This document shows, in pieces, positions 1 through 11,079 of a stretch of DNA of 64,000 nucleotides. A program made the translations under genes and the position numbers. Under the pieces are notes generated by a model. That model made no database searches. It worked only from the letters and a program-made list of their open reading frames with translations, and had not been told where the DNA came from. Each line of letters begins with the position of its first letter. The first letter of the stretch is position 1. Origin of the DNA: Hydrolagus colliei (Eukaryota); NCBI GenBank assembly GCA_035084275.1, contig CM068750.1, forward strand, positions 10,478,001 to 10,542,000. The letters are read 5' to 3'.

Positions 1-443
1 TGTCTGCTAATCTCACTATGCTACTTACCTATAAAACATGTCGACAGGTTAGAGATTACCTCTCTCCAACCTTTTCCAATTTACCCCTGCACTGCAAATG
101 GATTATTAACATACTGATGTGAATGTTAATCACTGCTACTCTTAAAAACAAATGCTATTTATCCCAGAATAATGAATCCAGAGTCAGTACAAACTCAGAG
201 CCAGCACAGTTTGCTCATTGCGCCATTATGCCACAAGAACAAACGCATTTTCCTTTCAAAAAAACAGAAGTAATGAGTATCCACCATTCTCCCATACCTG
301 GCTGGAATTCATTGGCAAATTCATTGACCAGTGACAAGCTTTTATTAACACTAATACCAAGTGGAGCAATTTTAAGACTTAAAAGAAAATGTTAGAGAAC
401 AGAAAGCTGGAACAGTGCTAATATCATGTACATTTGCGCATTC

Positions 444-490
444 AACAACAACAACAACAACAACAACAAAATTACATTTGTATGGTGCCA
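444..490 (-). repeat. (CAA)n microsatellite that is an orphan L2 tail; similar stubs occur at about 29242-29300 (-) and 49250-49320 (+)
   Basis: (CAA)8 followed by aattacatttgtat, the same junction seen in the longer L2 copies. Confidence 0.75.
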
Positions 491-629
491 TTATTCATTC
501 AATACTGATTGAAAGCTGCTGCGTTTATTATGCAATGTAGATCTCCATAAGCTATAGAAAACTAAGGCCCCACCATTTGTATTCTGACGCAAACAAAAAA
601 ATGTTGCATTAAATTATGACATTTTAAAC

Positions 630-1757
630 ATCTGCCTTCTTGTCCTCCTTAACCTCTCTGCTGCCTTTGACACTGTCGACCATTCCATCTTCCTACATTG
701 CCTCTCCTCCCAGCTCAATCTTCATGGACCTGCCCTCGACCTGGTTCGATTCTTACCTTTCTCACTGTCTCCACTTTGTTGCCAACAATAGCTTCTCTTC
801 CAGCTCCCGCACTGTCACCTGTGGCATCCCCTAGGGTTCTTTTCTTGGCTCCCTACTTTTCAATATATACAAGCTCCCCATTGGCAATATCATCTACAGA
901 CATGCGGTCAACTTCTACATGTATGCGGATGACACCAAATTCTTATCTTTCTGCTTCTACCCATAATTCCAAAACCATTGCTGTCCTGACAGACTGCCCG
1001 TCAGACATCCAGTTCTGGATGAGAGCTAACTTTCTACAGTTGTAAGTCAACAAGACCGAGGCCCTCTTGATTGGCTTGCGCCAGCGCCTTCACATATCAG
1101 GCATTGACAGCATCAACCTCCATGGTTGCACACTCCAAGTCACCAAGCCAGCCAGGAACCTAGGTGCATAGTTCAATCCTCAACTGCCTTTCCACTCCCA
1201 CATCCAAGCCATGACTGGCTCTATCTTCTCTCACCTCCGCAATATTGCCTGACTCTGCCACTACATCACCCTCAATCAGGCCTTCATCACAACCATGCTC
1301 GATTACGCCAATGCCCTGCTTGTTGGCCTTACCAATTCCTCCCTCCATAGGCTGCAGATAATCTAGAACTCTGCGGCCCATGTCCTCTACCGCTCCAAGC
1401 TCTCTGACACCATCTCACCCGTTCTCGCCAAACTCCATTGGCTCCCGATCACTCAGAGGATTTAATTCAAAATCCTGGTCCTCACCTTCAAAGCCCTCCA
1501 TAGCCTCGCCTAATCCTACCACTGCAACCTCCTAACTATCTACCAACCTGCTCTCTGTTAAGCGGGCTCTAGCCTACTCCATGTCCTGCCTCAAGACCCT
1601 CCTCTCCGATGGTCCCATCAGTCACCCCAAATCCCTTCCTTTCCCTCCACCCTCCCCCTTCCTGACCCCAGCTCAGGTCTGAAACATTGACGCCCCTTGG
1701 GATGTCCTCCTTATGTGAAAGGCATTATACAAGTATAATTTTGTTGTTGTTGTTATT
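630..1757 (+). mobile_element. L2-clade LINE, 5'-truncated and degenerate (RT domain to 3' tail)
   Basis: Remnant motifs LSAAFDTVDH, GIP*GS and YADDT, plus HWLP...IQFKILVLTFKAL-like DNA. Ends in gtgaaaggcattataca followed by (TTG)n. Contains frameshifts and stops. Confidence 0.9.
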
Positions 1758-2459
1758 ATAATGCAACATTGAAAAAGTATTCATGATCAGAATGTACGGT
1801 ATGTCATAATTTCACTTGTGCTGAGCAAATAAATAACCTTCTTGTGCCTGCAGCACTTACTTCAATTTACATTTACAGTATTTTGGTGCAATCCGTATAG
1901 AGGAGAAATTATTAGCAAATAAATCACAGCTTGTCACTGATCAAATAATTTGCTAATGAAGTCTAACCATGTATGGGAGTATAGCGGCCTTGTCCGTATG
2001 TGAAATTTAGGAAGAATATTGGAAATATTGTGCCACACTTCCATGTCTATTAGGCAAATTGTGTTTTTATTTCTTTGCGATAAATGGAAGGAATAACAGT
2101 GTATCACAAGAAATCAAATTAAGTTTTTAGGCAGGTTCATTTTGAAATCACAAATAGAAAATGTATGATGTATTTGGGTAATTGTACTACTATATTAATA
2201 TTGTAGGTACTTTGAAATCTGTTCATGCCCAACTGTCATCTTACAAATAGTGGACAATTTCCTATTTATCTAATTTACTGGAATGTCATCAGTACTAATG
2301 ATAAGAGACTAAAAAACCATCAACATAGTACTAACATTAAGCACTGCAATTTTTATTTTGCTCAAAGCATATGCTGCGAAATATTACATTACTTGGAGAC
2401 CAGGGAATGAAAGCAATTATATATATTGAACATGACTTTTAAGGCCAATGTGTTTTGGC

Positions 2460-2830
2460 CATCCATGGCCTTGCCCCACCCTATTCTGCAACCTCCTAAC
2501 TCCCTACTAAACTGCCCGCCCCCTCTGCTCAGCAGGCTCCGGCCTGTTTATAGAGTCCCCTGACCCACATGACGCACCATTGGCAGGCAAGCCTTCAGCC
2601 ACTCTTCCCTCAACCTCTCAAAGTCCATCCCGCTGTCCCTCCACCTCATCCTCTCCCTAGCCTCCTTCAAGTCCCACCTCAAAACCGTTCTCTTCAACGG
2701 ACCCATTGGTCATCCCAGCTTTCCCTCCACCCTCCCCATCCCTGACCCCAGCTCTGATCTGAAACAATGACTATCTGTTCTCCCAATGTGAAAGGGTCTC
2801 TACAAATATAATTTTGTTGCTGTCGTTGTT
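2460..2830 (+). mobile_element. L2 LINE 3' fragment
   Basis: Similar to the 3' end of the 630-1757 copy; ends aatgtgaaagggtctctacaaatataattttgttgctgtcgttg. Confidence 0.85.
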
Positions 2831-3446
2831 TATTCCAGGGGAAGCCGCACAATACATATTGGATTACACTCTGAACAATCATAACACACGGTGAGAGATA
2901 AACAGGAAATGGAATGTTCCCTTTCATTTTAAAATAATGTCTGATTCAGCACACATCAAATCTGCTACTGTTTGACCAGATATAATGTGAAATTCTGGTT
3001 ACACCAATTACCAATGACACACCAACTGCACCACTCTGGATAAAATCAACAGTATCTTGTATCTGGTGTGTACATTGGGACAGTATGAGTTACATAGTGT
3101 TACACATTAGTCATTTAACCAATGAATTCACCTTCGCTCTATGTTTGGCTGAACAGACAGACTTTGGACAAAAGAGAGGAAGGTTACTGATGGGAACTCC
3201 GGGATCAGAAAAGCAATAAAGACAATATATTTTCCATTCTTACAAAACCAATTTTATCAATAAAAACAAACAGGAGTCCATGACGTACAGGATATTCCAG
3301 GTTAAGGTTAGTGCTTTCAGATTTCCACTGTAGAACAAGCGCACTTGTCTAAACTAGATCTAGTTATCAACTAAGGTACCTGTTACAAAACAGTCAAGTT
3401 CAGCAAGGGCCTCCATCCCAGTGCGGCTGCAAAACGTTCTCTATAC

Positions 3447-3556
3447 CTGTGAAAGTATGGTGTAGATGGTAGATGATACTGTACCTGATTGGCTCTGGTG
3501 GTGGTCATGGGGTCAGATGGAGAGGACTTGGTGGTAGTTGGGGAAGATGGCAATGT
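3447..3556 (-). promoter_or_regulatory. YCAY cluster (NOVA binding element) spanning exon 4 and the start of intron 4
   Basis: Six YCAY motifs lie in the 72-nt exon and four more in the first 38 intronic nt (gtacagtaTCATctaCCATctacaCCATacttTCACag). NOVA1 autoregulation of exon 4 through YCAY elements is established in mammals. Confidence 0.85.
3485..3556 (-). CDS. NOVA1: NOVA1 alternative cassette exon 4 (72 nt): TLPSSPTTTKSSPSDPMTTTRANQ
   Basis: Absent from the ORF track; read by hand as tgctttattcccag|ACATTGCCATCT...GCCAATCAG|gtacag. Encodes 24 in-frame codons matching the Ser/Thr/Pro-rich NOVA1 exon 4 peptide. Confidence 0.96.
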
Positions 3557-6500
3557 CTGGGAATAAAGCAGTTCAGGAGGAAATCACCAACCTAAACAAA
3601 CCTTATACTAAACAATCCCAATCATCAACTTGTAAACAATCCAACTTACTTTGTCTATTACTCAATGAACAATTTCCACATTTACTCATCTTACAGGCAG
3701 GGCATGTCAATGTAGAAAGGGCGGAGATTACAATGAGTAGCTGGTGTCCAGAGCAATGCTGTATTTTAGGCCAACTTGTACATTGATGAAGCCTTTATTA
3801 AAATGTAAGATGTTCCAATGCCAGCAGTTCCAATAGGCATTGCAATTGCTTCTTACATTTACAATTGCAGAATGGAATAAATCGGCATTGTGGTTTTAGT
3901 GCATAACTAAATCAAGAAAACTTTAAGGAAACTATTGGCTGAAATTTTAACATTCCTCTGCACACACATTCCTGGTAAAAAATGATTTTCTGAATCTCCC
4001 CCCAATGAATTGAGGTCACAACCACAGCAAAACACTCATCGTTTCAGACACAAAGTAAGTACAATTTATACCATGCTTGGAATCCATGGAGTAATAAGAT
4101 AAGATCACATCCAGGACTATTTAATAGTCATTGTAGGAGGCTAAAGCGAGTAACCATTTATTATTAATTATCAGATGTGACAGCCATGAATGAAGCAGCA
4201 CAACTAACAAACAAGATTTAAAATAAAATGTCAATGCATTAATGCATGGTATAAACAGAACATACTGTGCATCAGGGTGCATGGTAGATGGGAATATATC
4301 CCAGCCTGCCTTCTTAACTTCTCTGGCTCTGGAGGTACATAAAATTTGAAATAAGATTGAGAAAGTAAACCCAGCATAATACTTTCAGATTCATCAAGGC
4401 ACCAGAAGAGGGCATAGGTTCAGCTTCAAACTATAAAGGACAATTAATTTCAGGACAGAAACCAGGAAGTATTTGTTTACACACAGGGTAATTAATGAGT
4501 GGATTACTGGGGTGGGTGGGTGGATGAGATCAGAATGTTGGATTCATTTAAGGGACAGCATCATTGCTCGATGCTGCAAAGGGAAAATGGTAAAGTGGGT
4601 ATTTTGGAAGGAAGGGTAACATCAAATGGCTGAGGGGCTTCTTCATCCAAACCTCTCTTGTGCTCTTATGACTTCTGAGGAGAGGAACACTGGTGCATTT
4701 TCCTATACCAGTAAACTGGGGTATAATGTTAGTAAAATTCCTCAGTTATCATTTTCAAACAAAGTTCCAACAGCTTATTACATGTTCAGTAGGGTTCGTG
4801 TCAACTCTCAGAGCAAATAATGACATTTTAATACAATAAAAATGTGCACATATCATCATCAATAAATTGGAAATCATTGTAAACCTTCGAATGTTTAAAG
4901 AACTAATTTCAGAAATCTGCAATTAGGGTCAATTTACTTCATAGCTTTTCTTTTACACAACCTTATTCGTAATTTATTTTCCCATATATCTGTGTGCAAA
5001 AATATTAATCAAAAGGTTTAAAAGAAAGACTGTCTGCAACACATAGTCATTTTAAAAAGAAACATCAGGATCTCTTTATGTCACTTTAAACTACAACACA
5101 TATCTGCACAGCCCACGACAAAATGTTTATCGTCCCATTATATGATAGCAGTGGCATAAGAAGATTGAATTGATGATAGTGCCAACTATTACAGTGGGAG
5201 TATTGTGGTGGGTAAGATGCTAGACAAAAATAAAAGTCACAAGTTTCATGACTGAGGCATATAGTTTAAATCAGTCCAGTTCAGAGATCAGGAATCCAAA
5301 GTACGGGGCTCACTCTGTTCCTGACCCAGCTGACGGATTCTCCCCCTGGGAGTATAGATTAATCATCAGTTGCCCCAGCAGGAACTTATCCTTTGCTTTA
5401 GAAGCCATTATTTTGCCAGAAAAATCTTTTTTTTAAAATTAATTTTAGTTGTCAAAGTTCATACTGCTGTCACTCTATGAAATGCTGTCATCATTACCGC
5501 ACCTCCTGTGTGCAAGCCGAGTCTCTCTGCTAGCAACTAACGTGGATACGGAATGCAGTCGGGGTTTGTTGCAGTGGCACAGAATTCTGAGGCTGTAGAT
5601 AAAGGTCTGGAATTGCCGTGAACGACTCAGCCAATTTGATTTCAACAAAATGGTCAGTCAGTTCAAAGCTTGGAGCAGCTCAATTGCAAGCTGTGACATT
5701 GTCAAATCTGACTCAAATATGTGCTAAATTTGTGGAGGGGGACAGCCTTTCTGCATCTCCAGAATGAAAGAAAAATGGCATTTACAAATCGTGAAAAGAA
5801 AGGAAGTTAAACTCAGGAGACGAGTGTGTGTTGGGGGCAAAGCCAAAGCCAAACTGCAGTACGTTGCTTCTATTTTGGGGATACCCGATACTGTGCCACA
5901 TCTCGCTGAGGGACTGAGGCCTGCTCCCAGATCTCGACCATTCCATCAGAAGTTGCACGAAAATAGCTCACGGTGACTCACCCTTAAATATTTCCTCTCT
6001 CGTGGTCTCTGCTTGGCTGAGACTGAAAAGGAGCTGTGCAAAAGATGCTGTACGCGTTCTGTTTGTGTCACCATTGGATCAAATAGGAAATGTAGGGATT
6101 ATTGGAAATTTCATTTTATCAGCCACGTATATTTTGATTGAAATTCTCAATTCTGACATTTTTAAGATGCTGTGTTGAATTGGTGGACTTTTTTTTAAAA
6201 AAAGACCACACCATACCATAAATGTCAATTTGCAAAATTGACGCATTTGCTCTTAAGAGTAGTAACCAGTTCACCGATGAGAAATGTTGCATCAGTCAAC
6301 GTGTTTTAACACATTCATGGCCAATAACTACCTGGCAGATGAATGCTGCAGCGACACAAAAAAATTATTGGGGAAGGGGATAATATCTGCTTATACAAGG
6401 TATACATAACCTTCAACACCATTCACTTGATAGCTGCTTGTGGACAAATCATCTGTCATGAATAATCACTGCAATTCATAGCAAAATCCTGTGAGTTGTT

Positions 6501-7407
6501 TTCAGATATTTTGATGACCAAATTAAGTACTGTACAAGGATTGTGAATTATTATCATAATATTTCGGAGGTATTCTGAGTATGACACTAGAATGCAATTA
6601 ATCTTTCCTGGTTTAAGATATGAGAATAATTGTATAGGACTAGCCTTCTCATGTTCCAACAGAGGCCTATTGTTGTCTTTGTGAAGTGATTTTAAGCTCA
6701 ACAAAGTGCAATGGATGTATTTGTGCCATTAACTAGCCACTGCCACGCTTGCCACTGTATCTTTCTATCTATCCATGGGCTGTGCATGAATAAAACTGTG
6801 CTTATATTTTAGACATTAAAAAAATGATGCTTTCTTCTCTTTTCATTGTTGCAGTTACCTAAAAATAGAAAATATCAGAACACATCACAATTGCAGACAA
6901 TTTTCCTTTAATATATTTAAGTGAACATATCATCACCAGAATCTTGTAGGACACAAACAAATATGTTAGTTCAACAAGCAGCAATACAAAAATTTACTCA
7001 TCTCATAAGAGCACATTCCTAGTTTCATTCTATTTTTTCAAAGAACAGAATCTATCGGATTCAGATAACCAGTACAATATGGGTCAGGAAGGTAGGCTTG
7101 TGTCAATCCACAACTGCCCACCCAAATGTCTTGCAGCCAAACCATTTTATGAACGTGCATGTTTATTTTTCTTATTTTCAGAGGAGGAGGAATCATTTTT
7201 AACAGTTTATTGAATAATCCTTACAGCTGCTAGCTTGTCTTCGAATTTTATTTTAAGCTAGACAGTTATTTTAAGGTTTCCATTGGCTGCCGAGCAAGCA
7301 GATTGATTACTTCATCAACCCCTTCCCCACTCCCCCATCCCATATTATGCTGGCAAATCCCAGTATCAAACACATTCCAATAAAAATTAAGGAGGACTTG
7401 AGCTCAC
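3557..7407 (-). other. NOVA1: NOVA1 intron 3 (3851 nt, GT-AG)
   Basis: Bounded by the exon 3 donor and the exon 4 acceptor. Confidence 0.93.
4390..4660 (+). mobile_element. Highly degenerate CR1-like LINE 3' fragment
   Basis: accagaagagggcatagg...ttcaggacagaaaccaggaagtatttgtttacacacagggtaattaatgagtgga resembles the CR1 ORF2 C-terminal TRGH..L..FR...RK.FF..RV...WN region. Confidence 0.5.
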
Positions 7408-7574
7408 TTGTTTGATGCGGTCCGGGTTCACTGTGGTCTGTGGCTGCAGGATACTGACTGGTTCTGTCTTTGCCATGTTCTGAGGCATTTCTCGGATCTT
7501 CTCTGCGATGAAGCTGTGGACTGCATTCAGAGCTTCCACTGTTCCCTGGATCAGGCATACCCGCTCTGTTGTTC
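7408..7574 (-). CDS. NOVA1: NOVA1 coding exon 3 (167 nt): end of KH1 domain plus linker, (G)[55 protein letters not shown]
   Basis: Translation is nearly identical to vertebrate NOVA1 as I recall it. Acceptor ttttctacag|GA (AG at plus 7575-7576) and donor CAA|gtgagc (GT at plus 7406-7407). Starts in phase 1 and ends in phase 0. The [20 protein letters not shown] linker and the downstream 72-nt exon indicate NOVA1 rather than NOVA2. Confidence 0.97.
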
Positions 7575-8529
7575 CTGTAGAAAATAATTTTTTAAAAATC
7601 CTTGAAAAACAAAGACTGGAAGCTTGAAGTGCAAGAAATAACTCCACTCCAATCAAAACCCATTATGAACCGTGGGTTTCTCGAGTAAACCAAAAATGAC
7701 AATGGTGTGTTTTATATTCAAAGAATGTACGTTCAAAAACAATTGCTGTAAATATTTTGTACTTCATTATGTTCAGTGTCTGACATTAATTTTTTGACAC
7801 AAAGTGTGGACATATTAAAAGCACTTCCTGTCCTTGAAGGCACTGTTTCAATACAACACTCTGAACATTGCACTGCACATGTTGGCAAATATTATGTACA
7901 GTTTAAGTAGGTCGGGTTAGTTCTTTCTGAGGAAGGGAGAAAGTGACAGGAGGCAAGAAAATAGCTTGCTGCTATTTTTAAAAAGGATGACTTTCATCGG
8001 TCAGAATTTAAAATACCTAAAACATTTAATGCACCAAGAATAGACATTTAATGACTCCATGAGTTTGATATAAAATTATTTAAAATAAGTAACAAATATA
8101 TTATTATAAGAGCCAAAAATGCAGTTTATGGCAACTTCTGTTGTATGAATGAAATTATGAAACCGGTTATGGACAGAGCTAGAAAACTGATGGCCAATGT
8201 TAAGGTATCTGTGAACGAGCAGAGAAGAGATATTGGACTAAGAAATTTGGACACTCATTACCTATTAATGGCAAAAGCATTAAAAGAAATAAAATTAGTA
8301 TAATAAATCACATAAAACATGAATCATTTAGAAAGCAAATCTAACATTCTCCTTATAACACCTAGAGATTTCAGCCCGAATAACTGAGATAATAGAACAT
8401 CCACCCAATGGTGATGTCAGGAATTGGAATATTCAATCGTTTTAAGAATGTAGCTATGACTAAATCCCCTCGATTTTCCATATTGCAATGAAGGAATATT
8501 TCATCACATTGGTTCAAATGTAAAGTGTA

Positions 8530-8762
8530 ATAACAACAGCAACAACAAAATTACATTTATAGAGCACCTTTCACGTTGGCAGGTCGTCCCAAGGCACTGA
8601 ACAGTCAGGTCGGGACCCGAGCGAGGGAGGGGGGCAGGGTAGAGGGGAGGGGCAGGAGAGAGTTAGGAGGGAAGGGAGAGAATTGGGAGGGCAGCAGAAG
8701 GCATGACTGAAGAGGAGGGATTTGAGACCGGCCTTGAAGGAGGCAAAGGAGGATGTGAGGCA
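8530..8762 (-). mobile_element. L2 LINE 3' end fragment
   Basis: (CAA)n followed by aattacatttatagagcacctttcacg is the reverse complement of the L2 tail; matches the copies at 26050 and 43973. Confidence 0.85.
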
Positions 8763-10784
8763 AAGCTACATACAACACTTCGCAACTATAATCAGTGTTT
8801 GAGCTCCACAATATTTGTGGTAGTATTGCCTGTATATTGCAAAAACCATAAAACATGGTCAGTGGTGTCAGCTTGCGAAATTACTTACGTAAGCAATATT
8901 ACAGCAATTAGTGCTCTTCAGTAGATAGATACTCATCAATTCTTCAAAGAAACGACATATCTCAGGGATTTCAACTGCAGTTTATTCAAATACATTTAAA
9001 TCTTTGAACGACAGAAACACTAAAAGAGAACTCCATTATGTGAACCCAACATATGCAGCTGCTAACCTCACTGTGCTCTCAGATAAAATAAAACATTGTC
9101 ATCTCAACCCTGGTGAAGCCTTGGAGATCTGCGTACGTGAAGGCAGCTATTGAAAATATACAGATCTCCCACTTAGTCATTCATTCAATGTCCTCGCTCC
9201 TGTTACCAGCTCTGAGTTGGATTCATGCCTCCTGCTGTCATTATGGACAGCTACAACCTTCTGACATACCTCCTGGGAAAGGAGAGCACAATTTCCTAAT
9301 TTTTAATATATCATATGCAACCTATTTTCACTGGGACACTGGATACTGGGTCACTGCAACAACGACAACATCATTATCTTATTCAATGCTTTTTCTCAGT
9401 TGTTAAATACATCAATCTTGCAGTTCATCACATTGCATGCATTGTTCCAAATGAAAGTGCATGGCAAACTTCCACATACCAAGGCTGCATTCATACTGCA
9501 CATTTGGTTGTGAATCGCAAAATAATTTTTGGTTGAAACAGCCCAAGTTATACTGGAGCCCCATTCCTAACACCACTACGAGGTATTAGGAGATGCCCAT
9601 TTTCTGTCAGGAACATGTGAGTGCAAACTGCATTGGGTTTGTCTGCTAAAAGCCTTTTATGGTATTAAATATATGTTTATGTGACTAGTACTTTGACTGC
9701 ATTAATGGAAAAACCGACTTCCTTTACAGAATTCCAAAATGTGGAAGTTTCCTTATCAGGGCCCAATGCAATGTGCAGTGGAAAATATAACCTACATTAG
9801 TAGAAGAGCAAAAACAACTGGTGTTCCAGCCATACCTATCACATTACTGCATTATCAACTTTACCAGCAATGTCCTCCCTGTTTTCACTACTCACCAGGC
9901 TTTTTATTTTCCCTCAGGTCTACTTTAAGAAAGACAATGATCTTTTGCTAAAAGACTCAGGGGACTCTTCAGACTGAAAACATTAATTGTTCTTCAAATG
10001 ATAGGATGTGATGTAGATTGATCAGTGTAGCTATCGCAAAGCGTTCTTCCAAAGGTCAGCAAGCAACACGTGAAAACAAAACTAAGATCATGTTACATTC
10101 CCAGTACGGAGCACAGACTAAAAAGCCAGTGGATTGTAATAGGAAGAGGGGATAATGTAAGCAGTTGACACACTTTTCCTTCTCCAAGATGGTGTCAATG
10201 AAGAAAAATCATTCAAAAGTAGACAACTGTCTAGGGAAGAAAGTACTGTGCACGCAGAGCAGATAATGATTTTGTTGAATAAATGACAAGTATTAAAAAG
10301 GATATTGTTTTTGAAACACAATCTAACTTTACATGTCATTTCACATTAGGAAATCTCTACCAGCACAGAGCAACCTGCCTACCAAGATATAAGGACATGA
10401 GAATGAAGCACAATAAACAAGAGATTTTTAGTGCATCATCTCCATATGTTTAAATTATTGAACAGTGGAACATGAGAAATCGTGTGCAAATGTGAAATAG
10501 TTTAGAACGACTAATACAAGAGAGATTTAACAAGTGCATAGCATTTGGAAGGAAGCAGTGGGTGAATTGTATAACATTATTAATGCAATGCGTTTAGGAC
10601 TTAGTCATACTGAAGACTGTTGAAGAATGTCAATGCTTTGTGAAAATGCATTGAAAGTCACGGCTTACAACACAACTTTAAAAAAAAACTGAGGAAATGG
10701 AAATTTTCTCTTGCTCTACATTAAATCAGATAGTTTTCAATAGATACTTGCATGAAGAAAATTTCACACATTAAGTTAATACAT

Positions 10785-11079
10785 AGTCCTGTAGCTCAGT
10801 GGTTTGAGCACTCGCCTTGCAAGCAAGAAACCTGGGTTCAATTCCAGGCAGAGTGAAACTTTGGGCAAATTTCCTTAATCCCTCGAAAAACGCAATAATA
10901 AAATTGGTCATTTCAATCGACTGTTTGTAGGACACTGCTGTGCACAACTGGCTGCCGAGTTTCGCTACAAATATGCAGTCAATTCACTTTACAGTATATT
11001 CTGTGAAGTGCTTTGAGACATTAGAAGATGTGAAAAGCGCTATATCAAATGCAAGGATTATTATTATTAATATTATTAT
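10785..11079 (+). mobile_element. Near full-length tRNA-derived SINE with L2-type 3' tail and (ATT)n end
   Basis: A box TAGCTCAGTGG and B box GGTTCAATTCC. The body and tail (gtgaagtgctttgagac...gtgaaaagcgctatatcaaatgcaaggattattatt) recur many times in the window. Confidence 0.9.

Noticed and set aside
7387-7656. 89-aa ORF as a standalone protein
   Set aside because: Only 7408-7574 is exonic; the flanks are intron read-through past canonical splice sites.
10785-10860. tRNA-Ala(TGC)-like gene
   Set aside because: It has A and B boxes but a poor acceptor stem and runs directly into a multicopy SINE body, so it is a SINE head.
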